Part shown: positions 46,701 through 58,700 of the stretch, piece by piece
Position numbering within the stretch: the first letter of the stretch is position 1
How the letters are laid out: each line of letters opens with the position of its first letter
DNA from: Planctomycetota bacterium
GTDB lineage: Bacteria > Planctomycetota > MHYJ01 > JACPTZ01
Length of the DNA: 64,000 nucleotides
Assembly (NCBI GenBank): GCA_016192525.1
Contig: JACPTZ010000132.1
Span: 4,202-68,201, forward strand
Reading direction: 5' to 3'
Notes under the pieces: model-generated
Seen by the model: the letters and a program-made list of their open reading frames with translations, nothing else
The model's database searches: none
Told to the model about the DNA's origin: nothing
Made by a program: the position numbers and the translations under genes

Positions 46701-49700
46701 TCCGGCCGTGAGACTGCCCAGACTGACCGGCCCTCCCAGCCGGAGCGTTCCGTCCGCGGTCGGGGCAAAGTAAACGCTCCCGGCGGCCACGGCGTAGGTC
46801 CCGTTGACGTCGAGCACGTAGTCCGCGGTCGCGGCGGAGAAGGTGATGGTGCCGTCGTTCGTCAACGTCCCGCTCACGGTGACCGTCCGGTTCGAGGCGA
46901 TCGTGGTGTCCGAGCCAAGGGGGATCGTCAGGTCGACGAAGGTGGTCGAGGTCGAGGTCCCGCCGATGCCCTGCGTCGTCCCGTCGAAGATGAACTGCGA
47001 GGCGCCGGGCCCGCCGCCGCCCGCCGTGAAGGTCCCGCCGTTGTGCGTGAAATTGCGGAGGATCGTGACGAAGGCATCCCGGGCGAGGTACGTACCTCCC
47101 GAGAGGACCAGGTCTCGCCCGATGCTGATGGCGGGATCGGAGGCGTCGTTCCCGTCGAGCGTGCCGGAAGAGACGGTCAAGTCGTTCGACACGGTGAGGG
47201 TTACACCTCCTTCCACGGTCCCCGGGGAACTTCCGGCGATCGTCAGGTCCCAATACGATCCGAGAGCCCCGCGAATGGTCTGCGCCCCGACGCCGTCGTA
47301 GATGAAATTGCTCGAACCGGGCGAGAAGGACCCGAGGGCCGTCACGGTGCTGGAGGCGCGAATCGTGCTCGCGCCGGTGCATGTGAGGTAATCCGTGGGC
47401 GCGGCCGCGCTGATGTTGATGTCCCCGTTGGCGTCGAAGGTCCCAGTCCCGACCTTCAGCGTGGCCACCGTGCCGCCGACGGAACTCGTCGTGGCCCCGT
47501 TGACCGTCAATGTGGCGGTGCCGATGTCAAGTGTCCCTTCCGTGAGGGTGAAAGCGCCGGCCACGGTGGTGTCCGTCGCGAGGATCGCCATCCCGCCGGT
47601 CTTGTTCACGGTCAGGTTCGCGATGCGGCCGTCCCCGACCGTGGTGCCTCCCGGGTCGAGGGTCTGGTTGGCGTCTCCCAGCAGGGCGATGGTCCCGGCG
47701 GTCATATTAAGGGCGCCGGTGCTGAGGACGGTGATGTCACCGTACACATTGAGCGTGTTGGCGGCGGTGATGTTGAGCGTGCCGGTCGTGATGAGCAGAC
47801 TCTTGCAATCTCTTGGAGTGGCGTTGAGCGTGGGGTTGCGGCCGCCGTCCCCGAGCGGGATGCGGACGTTGTTGGCGTTCGTGGGGACCGCGCCCCCGGA
47901 CCAGTTGCTCCCGGTGTCCCAGGCCGTCGTCCCGCCGGGGTTGGGACTCTTCCAGATGATGTAGACGGGCCAGGTGATCCGCCCGGGCGTGACCGAGCCG
48001 CCCTCGTTGTCGTTCTCATACGACGCCCCGGCGCCGGCCCCCGACGCGGAGAGCATCTCCACGCTCGTCAAGAACCCGGCCGGCGTCGCCACGTTGAACG
48101 GGGTCGTGGCGGCGAAGGAACACTCCGAGAACTGGAACGTGGCGGGATTGATCTCACGCTCAACCTTGAGGCAGCAGGCGTAGCCGTAGGTGACGGGGGT
48201 GGTCGATACGTTCGAGAACGCGACCCGGTCCACGTCGCAGGAGGCGGAGGCGTTGCCGAGCAGGCGCAGCCCGTCCCCGTTCACGTACTCGAGGTTCAAG
48301 CCGTCGAGGGCTGCGCGCCCTCCATTCTGGACGGTGAAGGCGTACGATGCCGCGGGCGCGAGTCGGGTGATCGTCGGAGTCCCGCCCGAGATCGCTGAGG
48401 TCAGCACGCCGTTCGCGGTGGCCGTACCGATCGAAAGCGACAAGCCCAGTCGCAAGATCGCCGTTCCCGAGAGCGCCAGAGTCCCGTTTCCGGTCACGCC
48501 CGCGGCGCCGGTGATCTCCAGGACGCTGCCTCCCGGCAGGCTCAGAGTGCCGGTCGATACCTCGCAGGTCCCGGTCGCCGCGATGGTGGCCGCCGTGGAG
48601 GCGGTCACCGTCTGGCCCGAGGCGCTGACCTTGAGGTTCTTGTAGGTCGCCGGTCGCAGGGTCTGAGCGCTCCCCGTGTCCTGGTAGACGACGAGGCTGT
48701 TGCCCGCGGTGAAGCCCCCCATGCTCGTCACGGGGCCGTCGAGCTCGAGCGTGGCGTTTCCGGCCCCCGGAGAGAAGTCCACGGTCCCGCCGGTCGCATC
48801 GAAGGTCCCATCCACATGAACCGTCCCTCCGGCGGCCTTGAGCGTGCCGCTCGCGCCTACGGAAAGGCCACCGCCGGCGGTGATCCCGAGGGCGGCCAGA
48901 TCGAGCGTCCCCGCCGTCACGGTGAGGTTCCCGGAGATCGTGAGTGCGCCGGCCGTGGTCGAGGTGAGGCCCGCCGCGCGGTTGAGCGTCAGGTTGGCGT
49001 AGTTCGAGGGGGCGGGGACGAGGACCTGCTGATCGCCCGCGGCCGTGGAACGGTAGGCCACCGTGCATCCGCTCGCGGACGTGAAACTCCCGAGGCTGGA
49101 GACGCTTCCGCGAAGGGTGAGCGTCCCGGCGCCGGAGAAGATGACGGCACCCGTTGGCGGGCCACCCGCCGGTGCGTCAGCGGTGAAGGCGCCGCCGACA
49201 TCGAGGGACCCCGTCGTGATCCGCAGTGTCGCGTTGTCCTCGATCGTGGCCGCGCCGGTCACGGTGACCGCGTTGGCGCCGGTGGAGAAGGTCCCTGAGG
49301 TCACCGTGAGCGTGCCCCCCACTGAGAATGTCCCTGTCGCGGTGCCAGTGCTCGCCCCTTTCACGATCTCGAGGTTGTTGTAGGAGACGTCGCGCACGCT
49401 CTGATCGGAAACGCCGTCGTATCGAACGGTCCCCGTGCCGCCGCTGAACGTCCCCAGGCTCGTGACCGCGCCCGCGAGTCGGAGCGTCCCGGCCCCGGGG
49501 GAGTTGATGAAACCGCCGGCCGCCGTGAAGGCGCCGTCGGCGTCGAGCGTCCCTCCGGCCTGCAGGTTCAGCGTTCCGCCGATGCTCGTCGAGCTCGTAC
49601 CGTCCACGGTGACGGTGGCGCCGCTGATGTCGAGCGTGGAGTTGACCGTGAGCGACGAGGAGGCCCCGATCGCGACGGCCGCGGAAATCGTCTTGACGCT

Positions 49701-52700
49701 GGTCCCCGCCACGGTCAGGGAGGCCAGCGAGGTGGACGCGGCCGTGCCCCCGAAACCCTGGGCCGCGCCGTCCAGGGTGACGAGTCCCGTGGGCGCGGTG
49801 AACGTGCAGGCGGCGGCGTGAGAGAAGTCACCGGCCAGGTTCAGGGTCTGCCCCCCTAGGGTGAACGTCCCGCCGTTGAGCGTCAACGCCCCTTCGATGT
49901 CGAGCGCGTTGTTCGCGACGAAGGTCCCGCTCGTGAGCGCAAAACCGCCGTTCACGTCGAGCACGGCCGCGGCCTGGGCGTTCGCCGTCATCCCCGAGGT
50001 GTCGACCTCCAGGTGATGGTACGCGATGCCGGACGTGAGGATCGTGCTCCCCGCGGCCTGATTGCGATAGACGACGGTCCCGTTTCCGGCCGTGAAGACG
50101 GCGCCCAGGCTGGTGACGGCCCCCCCCAGCCGGAGCGTGCCGGTCCCGGCGGCACCGAAGGTCACGGTGGCCCCCGTGGCATTGAAGGAACCGGCGGCAT
50201 CGAAAACGGGAGTAGCGCCGGAGAGCGTCAGGGTACCGGCGATGGTCGCGGCCCCGTTCGCGGTGAAGGTGTAACTTGTGGAGATCGTAAGCTCGCCGCT
50301 CACCGTGAGCGATCCCAGCGAAGCGACGCTCGCCGAGTGATTCAGGGTCGTCGTTGAGCCGGGGGCGATCGCCAGGCTGTAGAACGGAATCGCGCTGGGG
50401 GCCGTGCCGCCGATCGCCTGAGCGCCGCCGTCGAAGGTGACGAGGCTCGTGACGGGCGTGATGGCGCCGCCGTCGAAAGCAAAATTGCCCGCGAAGGTGT
50501 GGCTCGACGACCCGAGGTTGAGCGTGCCGGCGTTGCTCTCCATGACGAAAGCGCCGTTTGCGTCGATCGCCGCCCCGGCCGTCAGGTTCCCGGTAACGAT
50601 CCGCAGCGTGCCGCCGACCTTCAGCGCCGCGCTCGCGCCGGTCGTCCCGGTGGTTCCGGCCGCCTTTGCGATCTCGAGGTTGTTGTAATCGTATGGCACG
50701 ACAACATTGAGGGTCCGGATCGTCTGGTCCGCGGCGCCGTCGTACGAAACGGTCCCCGTCCCCGCGGTGAAGTTACCGAGGCCGTTCAGCGGCACGCCCC
50801 CGCCAAGTTCCAGGCGCCCGGTGCCGGTGAACGTGACCGCGCCTCCGGCGGAGGCGTCGAACGCGCCATGTCCGTCCGCGGTGCCGGTCCCGATCTGCAG
50901 GGTCCCCTCCCCTTTGATCGTCATGTCTCCCGCCCCAGCCCCGGCTCCGACCGTGAGCGTCTTCGCCCCCACATCCAGAGTCCCCTTCGTAAGCGTCAGT
51001 TCGTTGGAAACGGTCAGATTCCCCGGCGAACCCGTCAGCACGACCAGACCGGTGGTCTTATTGACTTCGACATTGAGATACTCGGATCCCCCCGGGGTGA
51101 AATTCTGGGTTCCGGTGCCGCTGAAGACGAGTTTCATTCCCGCCGCCATGCCGATCGAGCCGGCCACGGACGCATTGCCCTTCACGTCGAGCGTCCCGCC
51201 GTCCTGGAACTCGACGGGGGCACCGCCGCTGATCGTCAGGTTGCGGCATGCGGCTGGAACATTGAGCTGGGGGTCGTACAGCAGGTTGGGAATGACGACA
51301 TCGTCCCCCGCCAGCGGGTAACTGTCGCTCGGGTTCCAGTTCGCCGCGGTCGTCCAGTTTCGCTCGAAGCCGACCGTGCCTCCGGTCCAGGTTCGGAGCA
51401 TGATCCACTCGATGCTGCCCGGGGTCTGGGTCCCGCCCGTCCCGGGGGGATTGAAGAAGTCATCCTCATAGGTCGCGCCGGATCTGGCCCCGGGGGACTG
51501 TCCCATCAGGACCGTAGAAGCCGCATAGGTGCTGGGCGTGCGGACGTTGTACTGGGCGAAGTCCGAGCCAGGGAAGGTGACGGCGGTCACATTGAACGGG
51601 CCGGCGGAAGTCGTCTGGAAGTTGAGCCAGACGCCGCCGGGATCGACCCCGTACGAGAACTTGACGTTGGCCAGGTTGTTCCCCGTCAGCGTGGACGTGG
51701 CGCCGATCACCATCCCGGAGGCATTCGTCGACCCCACGTTCAGCCCGTCCACCGTCACCGCCCCGTTCAGCACGAACCCGTACCGGTCCGTCCCCGGATT
51801 CGTGCTCGTCACCGTCGGAAGGTTCGGACTCGTCCCGCTCGCCGCGAACGTTCCGTCCACCTGAAGCGTGGAGGCGTTTCCCACCCGCAGCGTGCACGCG
51901 TTCGTGAGCGTCAGCGTGCTCGACGCGTTCACCGTCACGTTTCCCGTCACCCGCAGGTCCGACCCTCCCGCCAGCGCCAGCGTCCGCGCCGGAGGGCCCG
52001 CCGTCACGGTCAGCGTCCCGTCCGCCGTCGCCGTCCCGTTCAACGTCACCGTGAACCCCGCGTTGTCGATCAGAAGGTTCTGATAGTCCACCGCCGCCAT
52101 CGTCTGGTCCACTGTCCCCAGATACTGCACCGTCCCCGACCCCGCCGTGAACGACGCCGTCGTTCCCAGGCTCGTCACCGCCCCCCTCAGCTTCAGGACC
52201 GGCGCCCCCGTGAACGTCATCTTCCCCGTTGCGTTCGCGTTCACGCTCCCCGTCACGTCGATTGTCTCCCCCGTGTTCGCCTTCAGTTCGTGCCCGTCGG
52301 CGATCGCCAGATTCCCTGCGACAGAGATCGTCGCGCCGGCCGCGCTCAGATCCATGATCCCCGTCGTGATCGTAAGGTTTCCCGCGATCGTCAAGGCCCC
52401 CGCCGGGGCGCTTGCCGTGTTTGTGCTCGTGATCGCGAACGTCAGGTGCCGGTACCCCGTCGTCCCGTTCCGCGAAAACGTGAAATCCGCCCCCGTCCGA
52501 TCGTACCGCACCGTCCCCCCGATCCCCGGCGTCAGCCACACCGTCGGGTCCGCCGGGAACGTCGTTGCTCCCCCGAAGTCCACCCGCCCGATCCCCGTGA
52601 ACACCAGGTTCTTGTTCCCGTTCGTCGACCCCGCGATCGTGCTCGACCCGTTCAGGTCCAGCACCCCCGTCGAGATCGAGACCGTTCCCCCCGCCGGCGG

Positions 52701-55700
52701 CGTCGTGTCCGACAGATTCGTCGCCCCCGTCACCGTCAACGTGTTCGCCCCGACATCGAACCCCCCGTCGCTCACCGTCAGCGCACCGGCCACCGCGGTC
52801 GACCCGCTCCCCAGCGTCGCCGTCCCTCCCGTCTTCGCGATGGTCAGGTTGTAGTACTGCGTCACCGCGTCCACCGTCTGGTCCGCCGTCGAGTCGTACA
52901 CCACCGTCCCCGCCGTCGCGTTCAGCGTCCCCAGGTCCGTCACCGAGCCGCTCAGATACAGCGCCCCCCCCCCCGACGCGAACATGAGCGTCCCTCCCGT
53001 CCCGTCGAACGTCGATCCCGCCGCCAGATCCACCACCCCGCTCCCCGCCCCCGTCCCGAGGTTCAACTTCGAGGCATTCGTCACCCCCCCCGCCACGTTC
53101 ACCGTCGCCGTCGTGACATCGAACGTCCCCTTGACGATGGCCAGGGCGCCGCCGACCGTCAGCGTGAGTCCCGCCGGGGCGGACGCCGTGACGTTCGTCG
53201 GCGTGTTCTGCGTCTCGATCGCCAGGTGGTTGTATCCCGTCGCGCCGTTCCTCGAGATCCCGAACGAGGCGTCGACCCGGTTGAACCGAATCGTCCCCGA
53301 CCCGGGCGTCAGCCACACCGTCGGGTCCGCCGGAAAGGTCGCCGCCCCTCCGAAGTCCACCCGGCCCCCGGCGAACGCGCCGAAAACGATCAACGCCCCC
53401 GCCTGGATCGTGCATGCCCCATTCAGGTCGAGCACGCCGGCGGAGACCCCGTCCGATACCGTCACCTGCGCGATCGGGGCCCCCCCGTTGTCCGACAGGA
53501 GCGCCGATCCATCCACCTTCAGCGTCGCCGCGTTCGTCGCCAAGTCCAGCATCCCGTTGCTCACCGTCAGCGTCCCGCCCACGCCGACCGTCAGCGTCCC
53601 TGCGTTTGCCGTCGCCGTCCCGCCCGCTTTGTCGATCTTGAGGCTGTAGAACGTGAGGGCCTCGACCGATTGCGCCCCGCCCGAGTCGTAGGTAATCGTC
53701 CCCGATCCGGCTGTGAGCGACCGCAGGAGGGCGCTTCCGCCCAGACGAAGTTCCCCGCCGGCGGTGAAGACGACGGTGCTTCCCACGGCTCCATCAAATG
53801 GCCCGTTGACGTCGAGCAGGTGGTTCGAGGCGTTCGCGAAGGTGAGGGTGCCGTTGTTGGTCAGGGTGCCGTTCACCGCGATCGTGAGCCCCGAGGCGAT
53901 GGTCGTGTCGGAGTCGGAGGCGATCGTCACGCTGTTGAATGACGTGTTGACGGCGCCTCCGATGACCTGCGTCGCCGACGACGGCGGATCGAACGTAAAG
54001 AGCGACGACCCGCCGGACGTGACGGAATCGAACGTGCCTCCGTTGTGCGTGAAATCCCGTCCGATGTTGACGGTCGCATTCCGGGTGTAGTACGTCCCCG
54101 CCCCCGCGCCAAGAATGAAGTCCCGTGTCAGGTTGATCGTCACGTTCGTCGTGGCCGGGACGGCGTCGCTGTCTAGATTGCCGGTCGAGAGGGTCAGGTC
54201 GTTCGTGACGTTGAGCGTCCCGCCATCAGGGACGGTGGCCGTGACTCCGGCGGCTTTCCCGAGGGTCAGATTGTAGTAAGTGGTTCCAGCGGTCAAGATC
54301 GTCGCGTTCGCGCCGCCATCGTAGATGAACGTCCCCGTCGAGGCGGTGAAACTCCCCAGACGGGTGACGCTGCTGGAGGCGCGGATCGTGCTCGTCCCCA
54401 CGCACGTAAGGAAGTCCGTCGGGGCGGCGGTGCTGATGTTGATGTCTGCGTTGGCGTCGAACGTGCCGGTGCCGATCCTCAGGAGGGCCGCGGCGCCTCC
54501 GTCCGGGCTGGTCGTCGCGCCGTTCACCGTGAGGGTGACGCTTCCGACGTTGAGCGTCCCCGCGGTCAGCGTGAGGGCGCCCGAAACGGTGGTATCGGTC
54601 GAGAGCGTGGCCGTCCCGCCGGTCTTGTCAACGGTGAGGTTGGTGATCCGGCCGTCGCCGGCGGCCGTGCCGCCGGGATCGAAGGTCTGGTTCGCGCTCC
54701 CGCGAAGGGAGATCGTCCCGGCGGTCATGTTCAGGACGCCGGCGCTCTCCACCGTGAAATCACCGTAGATCTCGAGCGTGTTGGCGGCGCTGATGGTCAG
54801 GCGCCCATTCGTGATCTGGAGCGACTTGCACCCGCCGAGCCAGACCTGGGCCCCGGAGGTGTGAGCGGCCGCAGTAGTGTAGTTCACGCCGCGCACCAGC
54901 CCGGTGAAGGTGGTGGCCGTGGTCCCGGTGTAGCGCATCGCCTCCGAATCGATGAGCAGCGATCCCTCCGCCGGGAAACCGGCGGTCGAAACAACCGTCG
55001 CGGTGCCGCCGCCGATCGTCAGATCGGCCGTGAGCGAGGTCGAGGCCACCGTGATGTTCAGCGTGGGGTCGTTCACCTTGTCGTCGATCCGGACGTTGTC
55101 GTTGGCCGTGGGAACGGCCCCCGTGCTCCAGTTCTGGCGGGTTCCCCAAGCCGTGCTGTTGGCTCCGGTCCAGAGTATCGCCACTGGCCAGGTGATCTCG
55201 CCCGGATTCACCGTCCCCGGGTTCTCGCTGTCGTTCTCGTAGGTCGCCCCCGAGCCGGGGCCCGTGGCCGAGAGCAGTTCGATGCCGCCGGTGAAGTCGA
55301 TTCCGGCGGAGGCCACGTTGTACTGGGGCGGGGCGGCGAGGGGATTGACCGAGGTGAAGGAGCAGTCGGAGAACTGGTACTTCGTCACGAGTCGCACCGC
55401 GGCGCCGGAGTTGTGGGCGTCGGCGGCCGTCCCGTTCACCCCGCGGGTCACCCCCTCGAAGGTCCCCGCGGTCGTCGAGGAGTAGTTCATCTCCTCAGCG
55501 TCGATCCGCAGGGTGCCCGACGAAGGAAAAGAACCCGTGGACGTGGCGCCGATCGTCGTGTCGGTAGCCAAAATCGCTCCGGAGAGCGAGGTTGATCGCG
55601 AGATCCGGACGTTCAGAAACGACGTGTAGCCGTAGTTGACGGCGATCGTGGCGACATTCGCGAACGCGATGCCGCCCATCACGCTCGACACCGACGAGTC

Positions 55701-58700
55701 GCCCAAGAGACGCAATCCGTCGCCGTCCAAGTATTCGATATTCAGACCGGCGAGATTGACGCGCCCGTCGTTGCGAACCGTGAAGGCGAACGAGGTCGCG
55801 GGGGCCAGCCGCGTGATCGTCGGCGTGCCGCTCGATACCGCCGAGGTCAACACGCCGTTCGCCGTGGAGGCCGTGCCGATCGAGAGCGAAGCGCCCAGCC
55901 GCAGGGTGGCCGTCCCGGCGAGGTCGAGCTCTCCCCCCCCCGTCACCTCCATCGCGCCCGTGACCTCCGTCGTGCTCGAACCCGGGAGGAGAAGCGTCCC
56001 GGCCCGCACCGTACAAACTCCGCCCACGGCGATCGTGGCCGCCGTCGAGGCCGTCACCGTCTGTCCTGAGGCATTCACCCTCAGATCGTAGTACGTCGCT
56101 GGACGCAGGGTCTGGGCCGAGGCGGTGTCCTGATAGACCACGAGGCTGCTCCCCGCGGTGAAAGTCCCCAAGCCCGTCACCGGACCGTCGAGCTCTAGGG
56201 TGGCCGTCCCGGGCGCGGGCGAGAAGTCCACGGCGCCCGCCGACGCGTCGAAGGTCCCATCGAGGTGTACCGTCCCCCCGGAGGCCTTGAGCGTGCCGTC
56301 GGCGCCGACCGTGATGTTCCCCGCCACGCTGATCCCGAGCGCGGCCAGATTCAGCGTCCCGGCCGTGACGGTGAGGTTGCCGCTGATGGTGAGGCCCCCG
56401 GCCGGCGTGGACTCCAGTCCGACGGCGCGGTTGAGCGTCAGGTTGGCGTAGTTCGACGGCGCCGGGACCAGGATCTGCTGGTCGCCGGGCGAAGTCGACC
56501 GATACGACACCGTGCTCCCCGACACAGACGTGAAACTCCCGAGGCTGGCGACGCTCCCGCGCAGCCGCAACGTCCCCGCGCCGGTGAAGGCGACGGCGCC
56601 TGTCGGCGCCCCGGCCGGCGAATCGGCGGTGAAGGCGCCGGTGACATCGAGGATGCCGGTGGCCGGCAGCGTGAGCGTCGCCCCGTCCGCGATCGTCGTG
56701 GAGCCGGACAGGGTGTTGACGGTCACCGTATTCCCGCCTACGGCGAAGACGCCCGAACTCACGGTCAGGCTTCTCTGGACCGTGAAGGTCCCCGAGGCCG
56801 TGCCGGTGCTACCTCCGCCCTTGGCGATCTCCAGGATGTTGTACGTGACGGCGCGAACGTCCTGGGCGAACGAGCCGTCGTATCGGACCGTTCCGGACCC
56901 GCCGTCTAAGGTACCGAGGCTGGTGACCGTGCCCGCGAGCCGGAGCGTCCCCGCCCCGGGGAAGTTCACGAAACCGCCGGACGCGGTGAAGGAACCGTTC
57001 GCGTCGAACACCCCGCTCGCCTGCAGATTCAGCGTCCCGCTGACGGCCGTCGAGCCGTCCACCGTGAACGTGACCCCGCTGACGTCCAGGGTCGAGTTGA
57101 CCGCTAGGGCGGATCCCGAACCGACGGTCACGGCGCCGTTCACCGTCTTCGTCCCCGTACCGGCGACCGTCAGGGAGGCGAGCGAGGTCGCCGCGGCGCC
57201 GCCGAAGTTCTGCGCCGCGCCGTCGAGCGTGACGAGCCCGGAACTCACGCTGAACGTGCCCGCGCTGTGATCGAAACTCCCGGCCAAGTTCAGGTTCTGC
57301 GTGCCCAACGTGAAGGTGCCGGTCGACGACATCGTCAACGCGCCCTCCACGTCGAGGGCGTTCCCGGCCGAGAAGTTGCCGGCGTTCTTCACCTCGAAGG
57401 CGCCGTTCACGTCGAGGGTGGCCGTTGCGCTGCCCGCGGCGGTCCCGGCGGTCTTGTCGATCGTCAGATTCCAGTAGGTGAACTGGCTCGTCGGAACCGT
57501 CTGCCCCCCCGATCCACCGAAGACAATCGTCCCGGTCGTCGCCGCGAAAGGAGTGGACGAGAGACTGGTGACTGTCCCGTCCAGGCGCAACGTGGCGTTC
57601 CCCGTGAAGGTCAGGGGCCCGGTCAGGTTGAAGTCCGAGGACGCGGTCAGCGCCTCCACGCTCCATGTCCCGGCCAGGAAGGTGAGTGACCCGCCCCCGG
57701 TGACGCTTCCGCTGGCGATCAGCCTCCGATCGGCCGCGATCTCGAGGGCGCCGGTGGAGTTGATCGTCAAGGTCCCGCCAGCGGTGACCGTAACCGCCGC
57801 GGCCGACGTGTTGACGCGGGCGGTCGCTCCCGACGCGATCGTGAGGATATTGAATGCGGTCGGGGCGGTCCCTCCGACCGTTTGCGTCGAGGTCCCGCCG
57901 AACGTGAAGGTCCCGGCGCCCGCGTCGAAGGTCCCGCCATCGTGCGTGAAGTTGCCCTTGATCGTGTGTGCGTGAGACCCGGCCGTGAAGGTCCCGGCGT
58001 CCATCTCGAACGCGCCGTTCAGGCTCATGGCCTTTCCGGCCACCAGGGTTCCCGCCTTCAGCCAGAGGAGGCCGTTGACGACCAGGTCGGCGGCCGTGCC
58101 CGTGGACGCCGTTCCGCTGCTCTTGTCGATCTCCAGATTGTTGTAGGCGATCCCGGAGGTGCGGATCGTCTGGTCCGCGGTCCCGTCGTAGGAGACCGTC
58201 CCGGTCCCCGCCCCGAAGGGCGTCCCGAGCCCGCCGGAAGGAAGGTCGGCGCCGAGCTGGAGGCGTCCCGAGCCCGTGAAATCCACGGCGCCGCCGTTGA
58301 GGTTGAAGGTCCCGTTGGCGTCGACCGTGCCGGACCCGATCTTGAGGGTCCCCGTCCCGCCTGAGGTTTGCAGGGCGCCATCGACGCGAAGGGTGGAGGA
58401 CCCGACATCGAACGTGCCGAAGGTCATCGTCACGTTGCCCGCGACGGTCATGTTCGCGAGCAGGACGGCCACGCCGCCGGGCTTGTCGATGACCAGATTC
58501 GCGAGGCGTCCGTCTCCGGGGGCGGTCCCGCCGGGGTCGATTCCCCGCTGATCGCCCTCCCCGGAGAACGTGATCGTCCCGGCGGTCATGTTGAGGGCCC
58601 CCGCCGCCGCCACCGAGAGGTCGCCGTACACCTTGAGGGTGTTCGCGCTGTTATTGAGGGTGAGCGTGCCGGTGGGGATGCTGAGCGAGGCGCATTCCCC

